DNA of 64,000 nucleotides, taken from assembly GCF_902713615.1 (NCBI RefSeq), contig NC_052162.1:62859913-62923912 (forward strand), written 5' to 3'. The notes under the pieces were generated by a model. That model worked only from the letters and a program-made list of their open reading frames with translations, was not told the DNA's origin and searched no databases. A program made the translations under genes and the position numbers. Below are positions 1 to 12,721 of the stretch, one piece after another; positions within the stretch are counted from its first letter, which is position 1; each line of letters opens with the position of its first letter. This stretch comes from Scyliorhinus canicula. Its lineage: Eukaryota.

Positions 1-453
1 AATTGCAATCAGGATTGGCCCTTTATCCTTTTCATAGAAGAACACACTTATGGAGGAGGAGCCAAGGGCATAATAGAAAAATTCAACTTCTTGTTTTCAT
101 TTGGGTCAGCTGCTTTTAAAATCATAAAGGATTGCTCTCCTACTTAATTCTTCCTTCTCATTTGTATGCGTACAAAACTGGTTCTCCTGTCTTTGCTCAC
201 ACCCCACTTTCCCTTAACATTTGAAGCCCAAAATCTACAAACACTTTTTTCCTATTTTGCTGGCAATCTGCCAACTGTGCTCATTGGAATAATATAGGTG
301 CATTTAAGGGAATGTTTGATTAATATAGGGAGGGAAAAATAAATAGCGTTACAGTTGTTTTAGAGGAGGAAAAATGAGAAAGGCTTGAGTGAAGCATAAA
401 TGGCAGCATATGCTGGCTGGGCTGAATGGTCAGCTTCTGTGCTCTATGTAATA

Positions 454-625
454 GGGGCTGGTTTAGCACAGTGGACTAAACAGCTGGCCTGTAATGCAGA
501 ACAATGCCAGCAGCGCGGGTTCAATTCCCATACCGGCCTCCCCGAACAGGCGCCGGAATGTGGCTACTAGGGGCTTTTCACAGTAATTTCATTGAAGCCT
601 ACTTGTGACAATAAGCGATTATTGT
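454..625 (+). mobile_element. short tRNA-derived SINE (GGGGCTGGTTTAGCACAG head)
   Basis: Pol III A/B-box-like head; same family recurs at ~40935, 45303 and 60352. Confidence 0.75.
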
Positions 626-698
626 TAATAAGATAGAGAACCGTATCATACATTGTCTTTAATGGGAGCTCTTGGAACTTATGGAAAGCACAGGGTAT

Positions 699-1270
699 TG
701 TTATGGACCAGGTTTTAGAGAACCCCAAAGAGTATCATGGAGTTCACCTGATCCACAACTTTTAATAGATTGTGGTACGGGGAGCACACGGCCCACTCTA
801 CTACAGGTGTGGTGCAGCAGACATCTAACATTGTTTTTCTTTAATAAATAAAGCAATGTTTATTCTATGAACTCAGTTAACCTTTTTAAAAACATACAGT
901 GAACATCTTAGCAACCAACAATTCAAATACACCTCCCAACGAATACAATACAATTAATCCTTAAACTTTCCTTTTAACATCCAGAAGACAAAAAAACATT
1001 TTAACTGAAGCACATCAGGTTTAAATTCTCTACTGAAAGTAATTATCACTCTGAATTCACCAAATGATCTAGAGATAGTCTTTAGATTGCAGAGATCGAA
1101 ATTACACCTTTGGCTGGCTTCAGCTCTAACACTAAAACGAAACCAAAAAAAAACAGTCACACCAAGCTTTTTCTCAAAGCCAAACTAAAAGCTGAGAGAC
1201 AGCCCAGCTCCACCGACACTCTGACATCACTGATAAACACCCATTTCTTAAAAGGTACTCTCACATGACA
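699..1270. mobile_element. solo LTR, Gypsy-like
   Basis: TGTTATG...CATGACA termini flanked by 4-bp TSD GTAT (695-698, 1271-1274). Confidence 0.85.
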
Positions 1271-1529
1271 GTATCCCAGATGTATGCAGATCAACTACTT
1301 GATATGGTGATCCGTAGAACTTCCTACAGCGCAGGTGGAGGCTATTTGACCCATCGAGTCTGCACCGACCCTCTGATAAAGCAACCATACCCAGGCTCCA
1401 CTCCCCCATAATCTAACCTGTACATCCCTGGATACCAAGGGACAATTTATCGTGGCCAATCCATCTAACATGTACACATCTTTGGTGTTCAAGTCCCACA
1501 CCAGGGGATTAGGTAAACATCTCGTCCAA

Positions 1530-1745
1530 TGCAGCAGCCAATGTGCCATTTTTCAGATGAGAGGTTAAGTCAAGACCTCATCTTCCCTCTCAGATGGAGG
1601 TAAAATATTATTTCAAAGACCAGGGATGTTGTCCCTAGTTTTCTGGTCAATGTTACACTGCAACCAACATCACAGAAAAATGTTTCTGGTTATCAACATT
1701 GCTGTTTGTAGGAGTTTATGGTGTACAGATTGTCTGCTGTCAGTG
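1530..1745 (+). mobile_element. Deu-domain SINE remnant (SacSINE1/AmnSINE1-like)
   Basis: TTCAGATGAGAGGTTAA...CCCTCTCAGATGGA...CATTGCTGTTTGT resembles the Deu core as recalled. Confidence 0.65.
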
Positions 1746-1789
1746 CTCCTTCACTCAAATATTTTAACCAATGACCAATAGGAAATGGC

Positions 1790-2640
1790 TGAAACACATT
1801 GGAAAAAGGAGCTCTTCCATTTCGCTTCACCGCTACCAGCACAATTCATTAAGGACACCCAGAGAATATAACTCTCAAGATGAACAGGGGAAAAGAGAAG
1901 ACGGACCACATTGTTGGAGGGGAGAGGGGGTAGTTCTAGAGGGCAGCAAGGTGAGCAAAGAAGCAATCAGTATTGGGGAGCACAGAGTCTTCGGGTTACA
2001 GGTCCCTCAGCAAGGTAAAAAGATGACACCGTTTGAAATTAGGATAAAGTGTAACTGCCAACACAAAAAAAAACATGAAGCTTGGTAAAGACAGGGGGTG
2101 ACAAGGATTCCAAGCTTCTGCAACGGCAGTAGGATGGAGGCGATGCCAAGGAGGACTGGAGAAGAGCAGTCAACGCCTGATGTAGAGTCGGGGTGACGAT
2201 GTTGGTGCAGCAATGGCCTTGGTGAGGAATCAGAGTTGGGAGGAGGGGGTTCTTGGAATAACCCTGCTTGGGATGGCCCAGGGCAGGGTAGTTCTACACT
2301 CTTCCTCTCTTCCTCCCTTCCTGCGAGGAGGGGGATAAACCCCTGTTGCCCTGGTAACCCCGCTGCGCTACCCCCCATCCCCCCCCCTAGAATAAGCCTG
2401 CACTCTTACCTTTTTCTTCATGGCTGTGCTCGGCATCCCCCGCCTGCAGAATGCTCCGATATATCCCAGGGTTTCCCTGCACTGCGTCCGCTTTCCAATC
2501 GCAGACCTCAGGCTTCAGGATCACCAGCAGGCCACAGTCACGCGCTTCACTTTCGTCATTTCCATAGCGACCACTTTACGTCGCGTCCTCCCGCTTTGCC
2601 ACATTGTCGTAACTGATTTCACTGAACCACTTCTGATCTG
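1790..2640 (-). mobile_element. degenerate L1-like fragment (tentative)
   Basis: Composition resembles the other L1-like fragments in the window; no intact ORF. Confidence 0.3.
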
Positions 2641-3157
2641 AGAGTCAACAAGGTGAACAACAGCCAAGTGAACAAGTGCTTAGAAGAAAAACTTCTTTCA
2701 AAATAACAACTGAATGGATGTACGAAGACATTTCCAATTGTACATCTTTAGTTGTAATTGAAAGTTACCGGCAAATGTTGTTTCTGGGAGTTTTGCCCAT
2801 GGGGTCAGAAAACTCCAGATGCTTAATTAATTGGATTGCGCATTTTTAGCTAGAATGTTTTAAAAAATTATTTCCCTCATTTAGGAATCACTCTAAAGGC
2901 CTCATCGGGCAAGCTGCTGAAAACTGCTCCAGCCCAACGCCCCAGCTTGTTATCTCATTTTTATCTGTCACTGACATCCCTCCGGACCCTGACACTGGAG
3001 ACATTTCATAAACAGTATTCCTGCTCACAACTACCCCCGCCTTCTAAACATGTGTACAGATGTTTCCCCTATCTTCTCCGTTATTTATACAGACATGCCT
3101 TACCAATTTCAAACACTTATACATAAATGCAAGTTGCAGTTAATATTCATGATATTC

Positions 3158-3480
3158 AGGGCAGCACGGTAGCATAGGGGTTAGCACAGTTGCTTCACAG
3201 CATCAGGGCGGGTTCGATTCCCGGCTGGGTCACTGTCTGTGCGGAGTCTGCACATTCTCCCCGTGTCTGCGTGGGTTTTCTCCAGTTTCCTCCCACAGTC
3301 CAAAGATGTGCGGGTTATGTGGATTGGCCATGCTAAATTGCCCTTCGTGTCCAAAAAATGTTAAGTGGGGTTACTGGGTTAAGGGGCTAGGGTAGATACG
3401 TGGGCTTCACTTTGGAAGGGCCAGTGCAGACTCAATGGGCCAAATGGCCTCCTTCTGCACTGTACATTCTATGATCCTAT
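3158..3480 (+). mobile_element. HE1/V-SINE
   Basis: tRNA-like head GGGCAGCACGGTAGC, V-domain GGATTGGCCATGCTAAATTGCCC, CR1-type tail. Confidence 0.85.
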
Positions 3481-3699
3481 GATAATACTTGCAAGGGGGG
3501 GGATTTTAAATAAAGTAACGTGGAAATATCGCTTGTGTACTCATATTGAGCTAAAACCTTTCCTGCCACACTTGAGGTCTTGAATGACAGCTCCAATGGT
3601 GGGTGGGCGTGTTCTGGATTTGCTTGCCAGCTCTGTGGAGGAGTGGGGGGGGGCACGAGGTACGATTGACAGCTCCATAGTGAGGGGCCATTGAGAATT

Positions 3700-5693
3700 T
3701 AGTTTATAACAAACAGAGCATATAATATCAACATGACAACAAACAAAAAATGACTAAAGGATATTAACAGAATGTACAGTTATGGCGCCCTTGTTTGCGA
3801 ACCGCCAGTGATCGCCGCCACTGCCATGTAGTTTTGCTGCCCGGTCCTTGTTGTCCCCTGACACTGATCCATACCAGGGTGGGGACTTGTTCGGCCTAGT
3901 GCGGTTTCATCTCGCCGTTCTTGTCTTGCGCTCTTGTCTTTGTCCCTTCCGGCTCCACTTTCCTGTGTTCCTCTCTTGGCGTCTCAATTTCTGATTTGTC
4001 TGTATCTTAGCTCGATCCCTTTCGGGAGTTGGAACTTGTCTGTGAGTTCCTCCAGAGTCTCTACTTTGCTCTCTACATATAGGTCCCCTGCTGTCTACGT
4101 ATCGGTTCTCTCCCGTCAGTGTCCCTTCGTCCTGTCTCCACCCTTTGAAGGAGGCGTCCATCGTTGCAGGGATGAATCTATGTTTTTTGCAGATGGTGGC
4201 CATAATGGACATCGCGGTCAGACCAAAGTGGTGCCATAGTTGGTTCCATGTCCTCAGCGTGGCCACTACCGCTGGGCTTTTTGAGTATATGGCTGGGGAG
4301 GATGGGAATACGACCATGGTCAGTGCTCTGAGGGACATCCCCATAAAGGAACTCTCCTCCATCTTAACCCTTTCCACACCCGGTTCCTTGACCCATCCCC
4401 GTAAGCTTTCTGGATCTTCTCACTGTGCTGTTAAGTCCCTTGATGTTCCAGGTGACTATTCTGATGGAGGGTTTCTGACCCTCCCCCCGTCTCCTGCGGG
4501 GTCAGCCATGCTTACCATGTGGATGTGTTCCTGCTCTCCGGGTTTCCGTTTGGGGGCCATTCAAGATGGCCGCCGCAGCCATATTCACCGTGTGGATGTG
4601 TCTGTCACTCTGGGGTTTCCCTTTGTTTCGGGCCATCCAAGATGGCTGTTGTTCGTTCATTTGTTCAAGCCGTCATGATGTGCAATCTGTTGCAACCAGC
4701 ATTCTACCCTCCCCTCCTCCCCCTATTCCCCGATCCCACCCTTGGGCCCGTCTAACCTCCTGATTCTCCCCCCCCCCCCCTGTATCCCTGTGGGTTTATC
4801 CCCCCTCCCAGATTCCCCCCCCCTTTCAGTGTTGTGCCCCCCCTTCTGCCAGTCGTACCCTCCCTATAAGGAGCTGTGCTGCTGTCCCCCCTCTCCACTT
4901 ACTTCTCTGCATTGGCATGTTCGCCCGCATGGTGGCCCCCCCCCCCCCCCCCCCGCCCCCAGGTGCAACTCCTCAATTCTCCACCTGTTCTTTTCCTCCC
5001 CCACCATCCCTGTTTGGTACCCTTCTGCCCTCTTCCCCCCCCCCCCCCCCCCCATCTCGGACATGCATTCACGCCAAAGAGAGGTAAATTTATCATTGAC
5101 AATGGTCCATTTGTGTCCTTTACTTTTGTGGCTTTCCCAGCCTGTTCTTGCAAACTCCTCCGCTTCTCCCAGCATGGTGAAGTAGTGTTCCTTGTTTTGA
5201 TAAGTCACCCACAGTTTGGCCGGGTATAGCATCCAAACCATACCTTGCTCTTAAATAGAGCTATTTTGGCCCGATTAAACCCTGCCTGGCGCTTGACCAG
5301 TTCGGCCCCAATGTCCTGGTATACGGGGATTGTGTGCCCTTCCCAAACGTAAGACCATATGTTTCGGGCCCATCTCAGGATCCGCTCCTTGTCCTGAAAC
5401 CAGTGGAGCTTGGCGATACTGCCTGCGGTGGTTCTCCTTCCTTGGGTCTCTGCCGGAGCAATCTGTCCACTTCTCGGGGCTTGGGGAAACTTTCACCCCC
5501 GTTCACCTTATGCACCTTTACTGGGTTGGGTTCTTGCCCTCGATGCCCTCCAGTTGTCCCACATTCCTGAGGTTCTGGCGGTGAGACCTGTTCTCTTGGT
5601 CTTCCACCTTCCACTTGAGTGTTCCCTGGGCCATCACAAACCTTGCCACCTCTGCTTCCAACGAGGCAATCCGGGAGTCACCCTGGTTGGTGG
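3700..5693 (-). mobile_element. internally deleted L1-like element, 3' part (ORF1 core/C-terminus plus ORF2 C-terminal remnant)
   Basis: Minus-strand translation VEDQENRSHRQNLRNVG..EGIEG and MLYPAKLWVTYQNKEHYF (L1 ORF1 motifs); 4100-4377 matches ORF2 C-terminal remnants seen at 38700 and 46700. Confidence 0.7.
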
Positions 5694-8600
5694 TTCAATG
5701 AGATCATGGCTGATCTTTTGTGGACTCAGCTCCACTTTCCGGCCCGAACACCATAACCCTTAATCCCTTTTTTCTTTAAAAAACTATCTATCTTTACCTT
5801 AAAAACATTTAATGAAGGAGCCTCAACTGCTTCACTGGGCAAGGAATTCCATAGATTCACAACCCTTTGGGTGAAGAAGTTCCTCCTAAACTCAGTCCTA
5901 AATCTACTTCCCCTTATTTTGAGGCTATGCCCCCTAGTTCTGCTTTCACCCGCCAGTGGAAACAGCCTGCCCGCATCTATCCTATCTATTCCCTTCATAA
6001 TTTTAAATGTTTCTATAAGATCCCCCCTCATCCTTCTAAATTCCAACGAGTACAGTCCCAGTCTACTCAACCTCTCCTCGTAATCCAACCCCTTCAACTC
6101 TGGGATTAACCTCGTGAATCGCCTCTGCACACCCTCCAGTGCCAGTACGTCCTTTCTCAAGTAAGGAGACCAAAACTGAACACAATACTCCAGGTGTGGC
6201 CTCACTAACACCTTATACAATTGCAGCATAACCTCCCTAGTCTTAAACACCATCCCTCTAGCAATGAAGGACAAAATTCCATTTGCCTTCTTAATCACCT
6301 GTTGCACCTGTAAACCAACTTTCTATGACTCATGCACTAGCACACCCAGGTCTCTCTGCACAGCAGCATGCTTTAATATTTTATTGTTTAAATAATAATC
6401 CCGTTTGCTGTTATTCCTACCAAAATGGATAACCTCACATTTGTCAACATTGTATTCCATCTGCCAGACCCTAGCCCATTCACTTAACGTATCCAAATCC
6501 CTCTGCAAACTTCCAGTATCCTCTGCACTTTTCGCTTTACCACTCATCTTAGTGTCATCTGCAAACTTGAACACATTGCCCTTGGTCCCCAACTCTAAAT
6601 CATCTATGTAGATTGTGAACAATTGTGGGCCCAACACGGATCCCTGAGGGACACCACTAGCTACTGATTGCCAACCAGAGAAGCACCCATTAATCCCCAC
6701 TCTTTGCTTTCTATTAATTAACCAATCCTCTATCCATGCTACTACTTTACCCTTAATGCTATGCATCTTTATCTTATGCCGCAGCCTTTTGTGTGGCACC
6801 TTGTCAAAAACTTTCTGGAAATCCAGATATACCACATCCATTGACTCCCCGTTATCTACTGCACTGGTAATGTCCTCAAAAAATTCAACTAAATTAGTTA
6901 GGCACGACCTGCCCTTTATGAACCCATGCTGCGTCTGCCCAATGGGACAATTTCTATACAGATGCCTCGCTATTTCTTCCTTGATGATAGATTCCAGCAT
7001 CTTCCCTACTACTGACGTTAAGCTCACTGGCCTAGCTCTCTGCCTACCTCCTTTTTTAAACAGTGGTGTCACGTTTGCTAATTTCCAATTCACCGGGACC
7101 ACCCCAGAGTCTAGTGAATTTTGGTAAATCATCACTAGTGCATCTGCAATTTCCCTAGCCATCTCTTTTAGCACTCTGGGATGCATTCCATCAGGGCCAG
7201 GAGACTTGTCTACCTTTAGCCCCATTAGCTTGCCCATCACTATCTCCTTAGTGATAACAATCCTCTCAAGGTCCTCACCTGTCATAGCGTCATTTCTATC
7301 AGTCGCTGATATGTTATTTGTGTCTTCCACTGTGAAGACCGACCCAAAAAACCTGTTCAGTTCCTCAGCCATTTCCTCATCTCCCATTATTAAAACTCCC
7401 TTCTCATCCTCTAAAGGACCAATATTTACCTTAGCCACTCTTTTTTGCTTTATATAGTTGTAAAAACTTTTGCTGTCTGATTTTATATTCTGAGCAAGTT
7501 TACTCTCATACTCTATCTTACTCTTCTTTATAGCTTTTTTAGTAGCTTTCTGTTGCCCCTTAAATATTTCCCAGTCCTCTAGTCTCCCACCAATCTTTGC
7601 CACTTTGTATGCTCTTTCCTTCAATTTGATACTCTCCCTTATTTCCTTAGATATCCACGGTCCATTTTCCCTCTTTCTACCGTCCTTCCTTTTTGTGGGT
7701 ATAAACCTTTGCTGAGCACTGTGAAAAATCGCTTGGGAGGTTCTCCACTGTTCCTCAACTGTTCCACCATAAAGTCTTTGCTCCCAGTCTACCTTAGCTA
7801 GTTCTTCTCTCATCCCATTGTAATCTCCTTTGTTTAAACACAAAACACTAGTATTTGATTTTACCTTCTCACCCTCCATCTGTATATTAAATTCCACCAT
7901 ATTGTGATCGCTCCTTCCGAGAGGATCCCTAACTATGAGATCATGAATCAATCCTGTTTCATTACACAGGACAAGATCTAGGACCGCTTGTTCCCTCGTA
8001 GATTCCATTACATACTGTTCTAGGAAACTATCGCGGATACATTCTATAAACGCCTCCTCAAGGTTGCCTTGACCGACCTGGTTAAACCAATCGACATGTA
8101 GATTAAAATCTCCCATGATAACTGCTGTACCATTTCTACATGCATCAGTTATCTCTTTGTTTATTGCCTGCCCCACCATAATGTTACTATTTGGTGGCCG
8201 ATAGACTATTCCTATCAGTGACTTTTTTGCCTTACTATTCCTGATTTCCACCCAAATGGATTCAACCTTATCCTCCATAGCACCGATATCATCCCTAACT
8301 ATTGCCCGAATAGTTTGATACCTTCGGATATTTAACACACAGTAGTGACCATCCTTTAACCATGTTTCAGTAATGGCCACTAAATCATAGTCATTCACGA
8401 TGATTTGCGCCATCAACTCATTTACTTTATTCTGAATACTACGAGCATTCAGGTAAAGTACACTTATGTTGGGTTTTTTTACCTCTGTTTTGAATCTTAA
8501 CATCTCCAGTTTTACTCCTTTTAGTATTACTGGGCCTATTCACTGAGCTCCCCTCAGTCACTGTACTGTCGCCCTTTTTGATTTTTGACTATGTCTTCTC

Positions 8601-9314
8601 TGTCTTGCACTTTCCCCCTTACTTCCTTTTGCTTCTGTCCCTGTTTTACTACCTTCCAACTTCCTGCATCGGTTCCCATCCCCCTGCCACATTAGTTTAA
8701 ACCCTCCCCAACAGGCTCTAGCAAACACCTCCCCCAGAACCGGTCCCAATGCCCCAGGAATTTGAAACCCTCCATCTTGCACCATCTCTCGAGCCACGCA
8801 TTCATCCTACCTATCCTGACATTCCTACTCTGACTAGCTCGTGGCACTGGTAGCAATCCTGAGATTACTAACTTTGAGGTCCTACATTTTAGTTTAACTC
8901 CCAACTCCCTGAATTCAGCTTGTAGGACCTCATCCCGTTTTTTACCTGTATTGTTGGTGCCTATGTGCACCATGACAGCTGGCTGTTCACCCTCCCCCCC
9001 CCCCCCCCCCCCCCCAGAATGCCCTGCAGCCGCTCCGAGACATCCTTGACCCTTGCACCAGGGAGGCAACATACCATCCTGGAGTCTCGATTGCGTCCAC
9101 AGAACCACCTGTCTATTCCCCTTACGATCGAGTCCCCTATCACTATAGCCCTGCCATTTTTCTTCCTGCCCTGCTGCGCAGCAGAGCCAGCCACGGTGTC
9201 ATGAACCTGGCTGCTGCTGCGTTCCCCTGGTGAGCCATCTCCCTCAACAGTATCCAAAGCGGTATATCTGTTTTGCAGGGAGATGACCACAGGGGACACC
9301 TGCACTGCCTTCCT
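5694..9314 (-). mobile_element. CR1 LINE, large copy: ORF1 esterase remnant plus ORF2 APE-RT, frameshifted
   Basis: ORF 6323-8503 has APE motifs (YLNARSI, GDFN, SDH) and RT (GVPQGSVLGP, FADD); it continues in 5726-6307 (VRPHLEYC); ORF1 GDS-esterase motif IVIGDSIVRG lies in 8961-9323. Confidence 0.95.
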
Positions 9315-9700
9315 ATCTGGCATCTTTGGTTTTTCGGAGCTCCTGTGTTTGGAGCTTCATCCATTGCCCTATTCATGGGTAAGCCGGCATTTGTATCGGC
9401 GACTCTGCCATATCTTGCTCTGCCTCGATCCTTGTGTCTGTCGCCTTGTCCTTTCTTTCCTGGCTCTTGTTGCCCTTAGTCTTTCTCTTTGACCTTTTTG
9501 TTAGTTCAAAGGCATATTTTCAAGTATGTGGTGGTTTTCCGAGGGGGGCGTTTCTTGTTGGCATAGCGGCCAATTTTGGGGTTAAAAGAACTTAATGTTA
9601 TAGCCCCCACAGAGGTCACAATATAAGAACAATCCGATTCCCTATGAGAATATAAACTTCCCAGTCAATAGTGGCGCTGCTTCACCTTAACAAGGGGCAC
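9315..9700 (-). mobile_element. probable 5' part of the L1-like element interrupted by the CR1
   Basis: Position and strand continuity with the ORF1 segment ending at 5693; lysine/arginine-rich N-terminal-like coding. Confidence 0.4.
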
Positions 9701-10049
9701 CCCTCACTTGTATATAATGATCTTTATTGTCACATTATTGCTTACATTAACATTGCAATGAAGTTACTGTGAAAAGCCCAGGTCGCCACATTCGGGCGCC
9801 TGTTCGCGTACACAGAGGGAACGGAACCTGGGACCGTGGAGCTGGGAAGCAATAGTGCTAACCACTGTACTACCGTGCCTTTCCGCCCTGATCGCATGTC
9901 AAGGAGGGAGACCGGGGTGGAAACTTATTGTATGTTGACTAAACCTAGTTAAAATTTTCTACCTGTTGGTTCATGTGTGCTACTTTGGCGGATTCTACAG
10001 CGAGAAGTTTCCAAGAGACAAGCCACTTTTCTTGCGACTGCTAAGCACA

Positions 10050-10900
10050 TCCCCATTACCGGCCAGAGGCGGGGTTTATTGGTAGCCCCAGGGTATGACT
10101 GCTGGGAGGGGGGGTGGTCGCGCATGGGCAGTGAAGGAGGGGGCTCTGTGTCACAGCTCCGGGGTCGAGGCGGGGCTGGGGCTGGGGCTGGCCGCGCATG
10201 GGCAGTGAAGGAGGGGGCTCTGAGTCACAGCTCCGGGGTCGGGGCGGGGCTGTGGCTGGCCGCGCATGGGCAGTGAAGGAGTGGGCTCTGAGTGACAGCT
10301 CCGGGGTGTCGGCGCGGGGGAGGGGGCTGCGGCTGGCCGCGCATGGGCAGTGAAAGAGGGGGCTCTGAGTGACAGCTCCGGGGAGTCGGGGCTGGCTGCG
10401 CATGGGCAGTGAAGGAGGGGACTCTGAGTGATAGCCCCGGGAGTCGGGGGCCGGGGGCCGGGGGCCGCGGGCCGGGGGCCGGGGGCCGGGGGCCGCGGGC
10501 GGGGGGCGGGGGGCGGGGGGCGGGGGGTGGCTGCGCATGGGCAGTGAAGGAGGGGACTCTGAGTGACAGCCCCGGGGGGGGGGGCGGGCTGCGCATGGGC
10601 AGTGAAGGCCGGGGGGGGATGGGTACGTGGCTGCTCAGCGGCTTGTTTATCTCCGCCCCGCTTTGGAGAGGAGTCGCTGACGGTAACATGTTAGAAGCTG
10701 TTGCTTTTGTTTAAAAGAGCCTTTCTCGCTTCGGAGTATCGAGGATATCGGGGTAAGGCTCGGTGTTCTTCACCCCTGGTTCCTCACACGGGCCCCGCCG
10801 CTCGTCCCCAGTTGGATAAACTATGGCCAGCCTTGGGGCACCGCGGAGGGCAAACCTGGGTTTCTGGCTCCTTGCAAACAGCGCCTGTCTGTAATTCTGC
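10050..10900 (+). promoter_or_regulatory. TMLHE: TMLHE CpG-island promoter and noncoding exon 1 (candidate donors at 10683 or 10753)
   Basis: Only CpG island upstream of the ATG exon; NRF1-like and GC-box motifs; human TMLHE has a noncoding exon 1. Confidence 0.6.
10119..10610 (+). repeat. GC-rich promoter VNTR, 7 units, each with YGCGCATGGGCAGTGA
   Basis: Units start at 10119, 10193, 10261, 10338, 10397, 10532 and 10590, separated by variable G-rich spacers. Confidence 0.9.
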
Positions 10901-11625
10901 TTTTTATTAGTATTTGCCAGGGTAAACATCACCACACCGGAGAATGGACTGTGCACTCGACATCGGGAAGCTGAGATGACCTGTAAACGTTTGAGTTTTG
11001 AACCATGATTTATAAACGCATTGACGGGTTTGCTCGTCCGTCGAACCGATAGGCGAAATAAAACCTGTCGTAAAACATCAATAATAATAATCGTGGGTGA
11101 TAACGTGTCTAAATTTACTGCGGTCCGGAACTAGTGCAAGTATTTGCAGGCAACTTTGTTCTTGGTCTTTTGTGTGGGGGAAGTCTAATTGGGGCCAATT
11201 TAAAAAAAAACTTGGCTTCCCTCGTTGAAGCTAACGTGATTCGTCAACAGTGAAGGGGTGGTAATATTTTAAACTAGCTTTATAATGGGTCATCTTAACT
11301 ACTGACAACTGATCAATGATTGTCAGTTGGTTGATCAAGGCCCCCTTGTCTGAAGAGGTACTTTGTGTGCAAATGAGCTTCATTGTAGTGCCTCTATTAG
11401 TAACTAGTCATACCGATCTGGTTTAACGTTTATAAAGTGCTGAGTAAAAAAAAAATGATCAATCTCTAATAAACTCCAAATAAGTAATGGAGAGGTTGAA
11501 CCCTAGTGCTCTCTGGGCCTGTCATAAAGAATACTTTGCAAGAATAATTTCATCGAATGTAGCAATTATTTCTCTTTCTCCCCCCCAGTGATTGTTGTGA
11601 GTGCTGCAGAAACTTCATAGTTTTG

Positions 11626-11967
11626 ATAGAACATAGAACAGTACAGCACAGAACAGGCCCTTCGGCCCTCAATGTTGTGCCGAACAATGATCACCCTACT
11701 CAAACCCACGTATCCACCCTATACCCGTAACCCAACAACCCCCCCCCCCTTACTTTTTTAGGACACTACGGGCAATTTAGCATAGCCAATCCACCTAACC
11801 CGCACATCTTTGGACTGTGGGAGGAAACCGGAGCACCCGGAGGAAACCCACGCACACACGGGGAGGACGTGCAGACTCCGCACAGACAGTGACCCAGCCG
11901 GGAATCGAACCTGGGATCCTGGAGCTGTGAAGCATTTATGCTAACCACCATGCTACCGTGTTGCCCC
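11626..11967 (-). mobile_element. HE1/V-SINE, young full-length copy
   Basis: Complete head, V-domain and (TTCTATG)n tail. Confidence 0.9.
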
Positions 11968-12721
11968 AAATCTTGGCTTTTGCTCAATTAACTGATTGCC
12001 GTTGGGAGATTTGTACACTAATTTGGGAAGGACAAACTAGTTATGTTTCCTTGTTCAAATTACTGCTGAGATTGATGGTGCAGACTTACATTATTTTAGC
12101 TTTTCTTATTTCCACAACTTTAGTACACCATTCAGCTATCAGCACAACAGGTGTGGAGAGGAACTTGGATAGAGTAACAGTTTGACATTCAATAATCCTG
12201 CTCATTGTAATTTAGGTCCGTTTATAACCTGTCAGATTATTGTAGTACTGTGCCAGCAATGGTACAATGCAATCCTCTAAAGATACACCTAAAGAACTGT
12301 AGTTACTCTTTTGGAACCCTTTCTGTTTCACTAGGATCCAATTTCAGCATAATTGTAATTGAAACTGCATTTGTTTCCAGTAGGTGACCTGTAGTCTGAG
12401 CGTATCTGGTGTTGCAAGGATGGTGGGTGGCATGGTAGCACAACGGTTAGCAGTGTTGCTTCACAGCACCAGGGTCCATGGTTCGTTTCCTGGCTTCGGT
12501 CATTGTCTGTGCTGAGTCTGCACGTTCTTCCCTTGTCTGCGTGGTCTAAACCACAGTGTGTCTTTAAACAATATGCGATGGACAAATGACCATAAGTTGT
12601 TTGGTACAATGATATACTTTTATTCACACTTACACAATTGTTAATATTAATCAATCACACACGCATGCAAGTTGAACTCTTGGCTAATACACAAGAAATA
12701 CCTTAACTTAACTTCCAGGTA

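Noticed and set aside
6323-8503. 726-aa ORF as a host gene or active LINE
   Set aside because: CR1 ORF2 with a frameshift near 6310-6325, an apparent deletion in the endonuclease, a broken ORF1 and a missing tail
10119-10610. Repeat-spacer pattern resembling CRISPR
   Set aside because: Spacers are low-complexity G runs of variable length; eukaryotic context and no cas genes
9977-10714. Pro/Gly-rich ORFs
   Set aside because: Artifacts of the GC-rich promoter VNTR
11766-11987. Recurrent short ORFs with LGHCLCGVCTSSPC
   Set aside because: Translations of V-SINE copies, not a protein family
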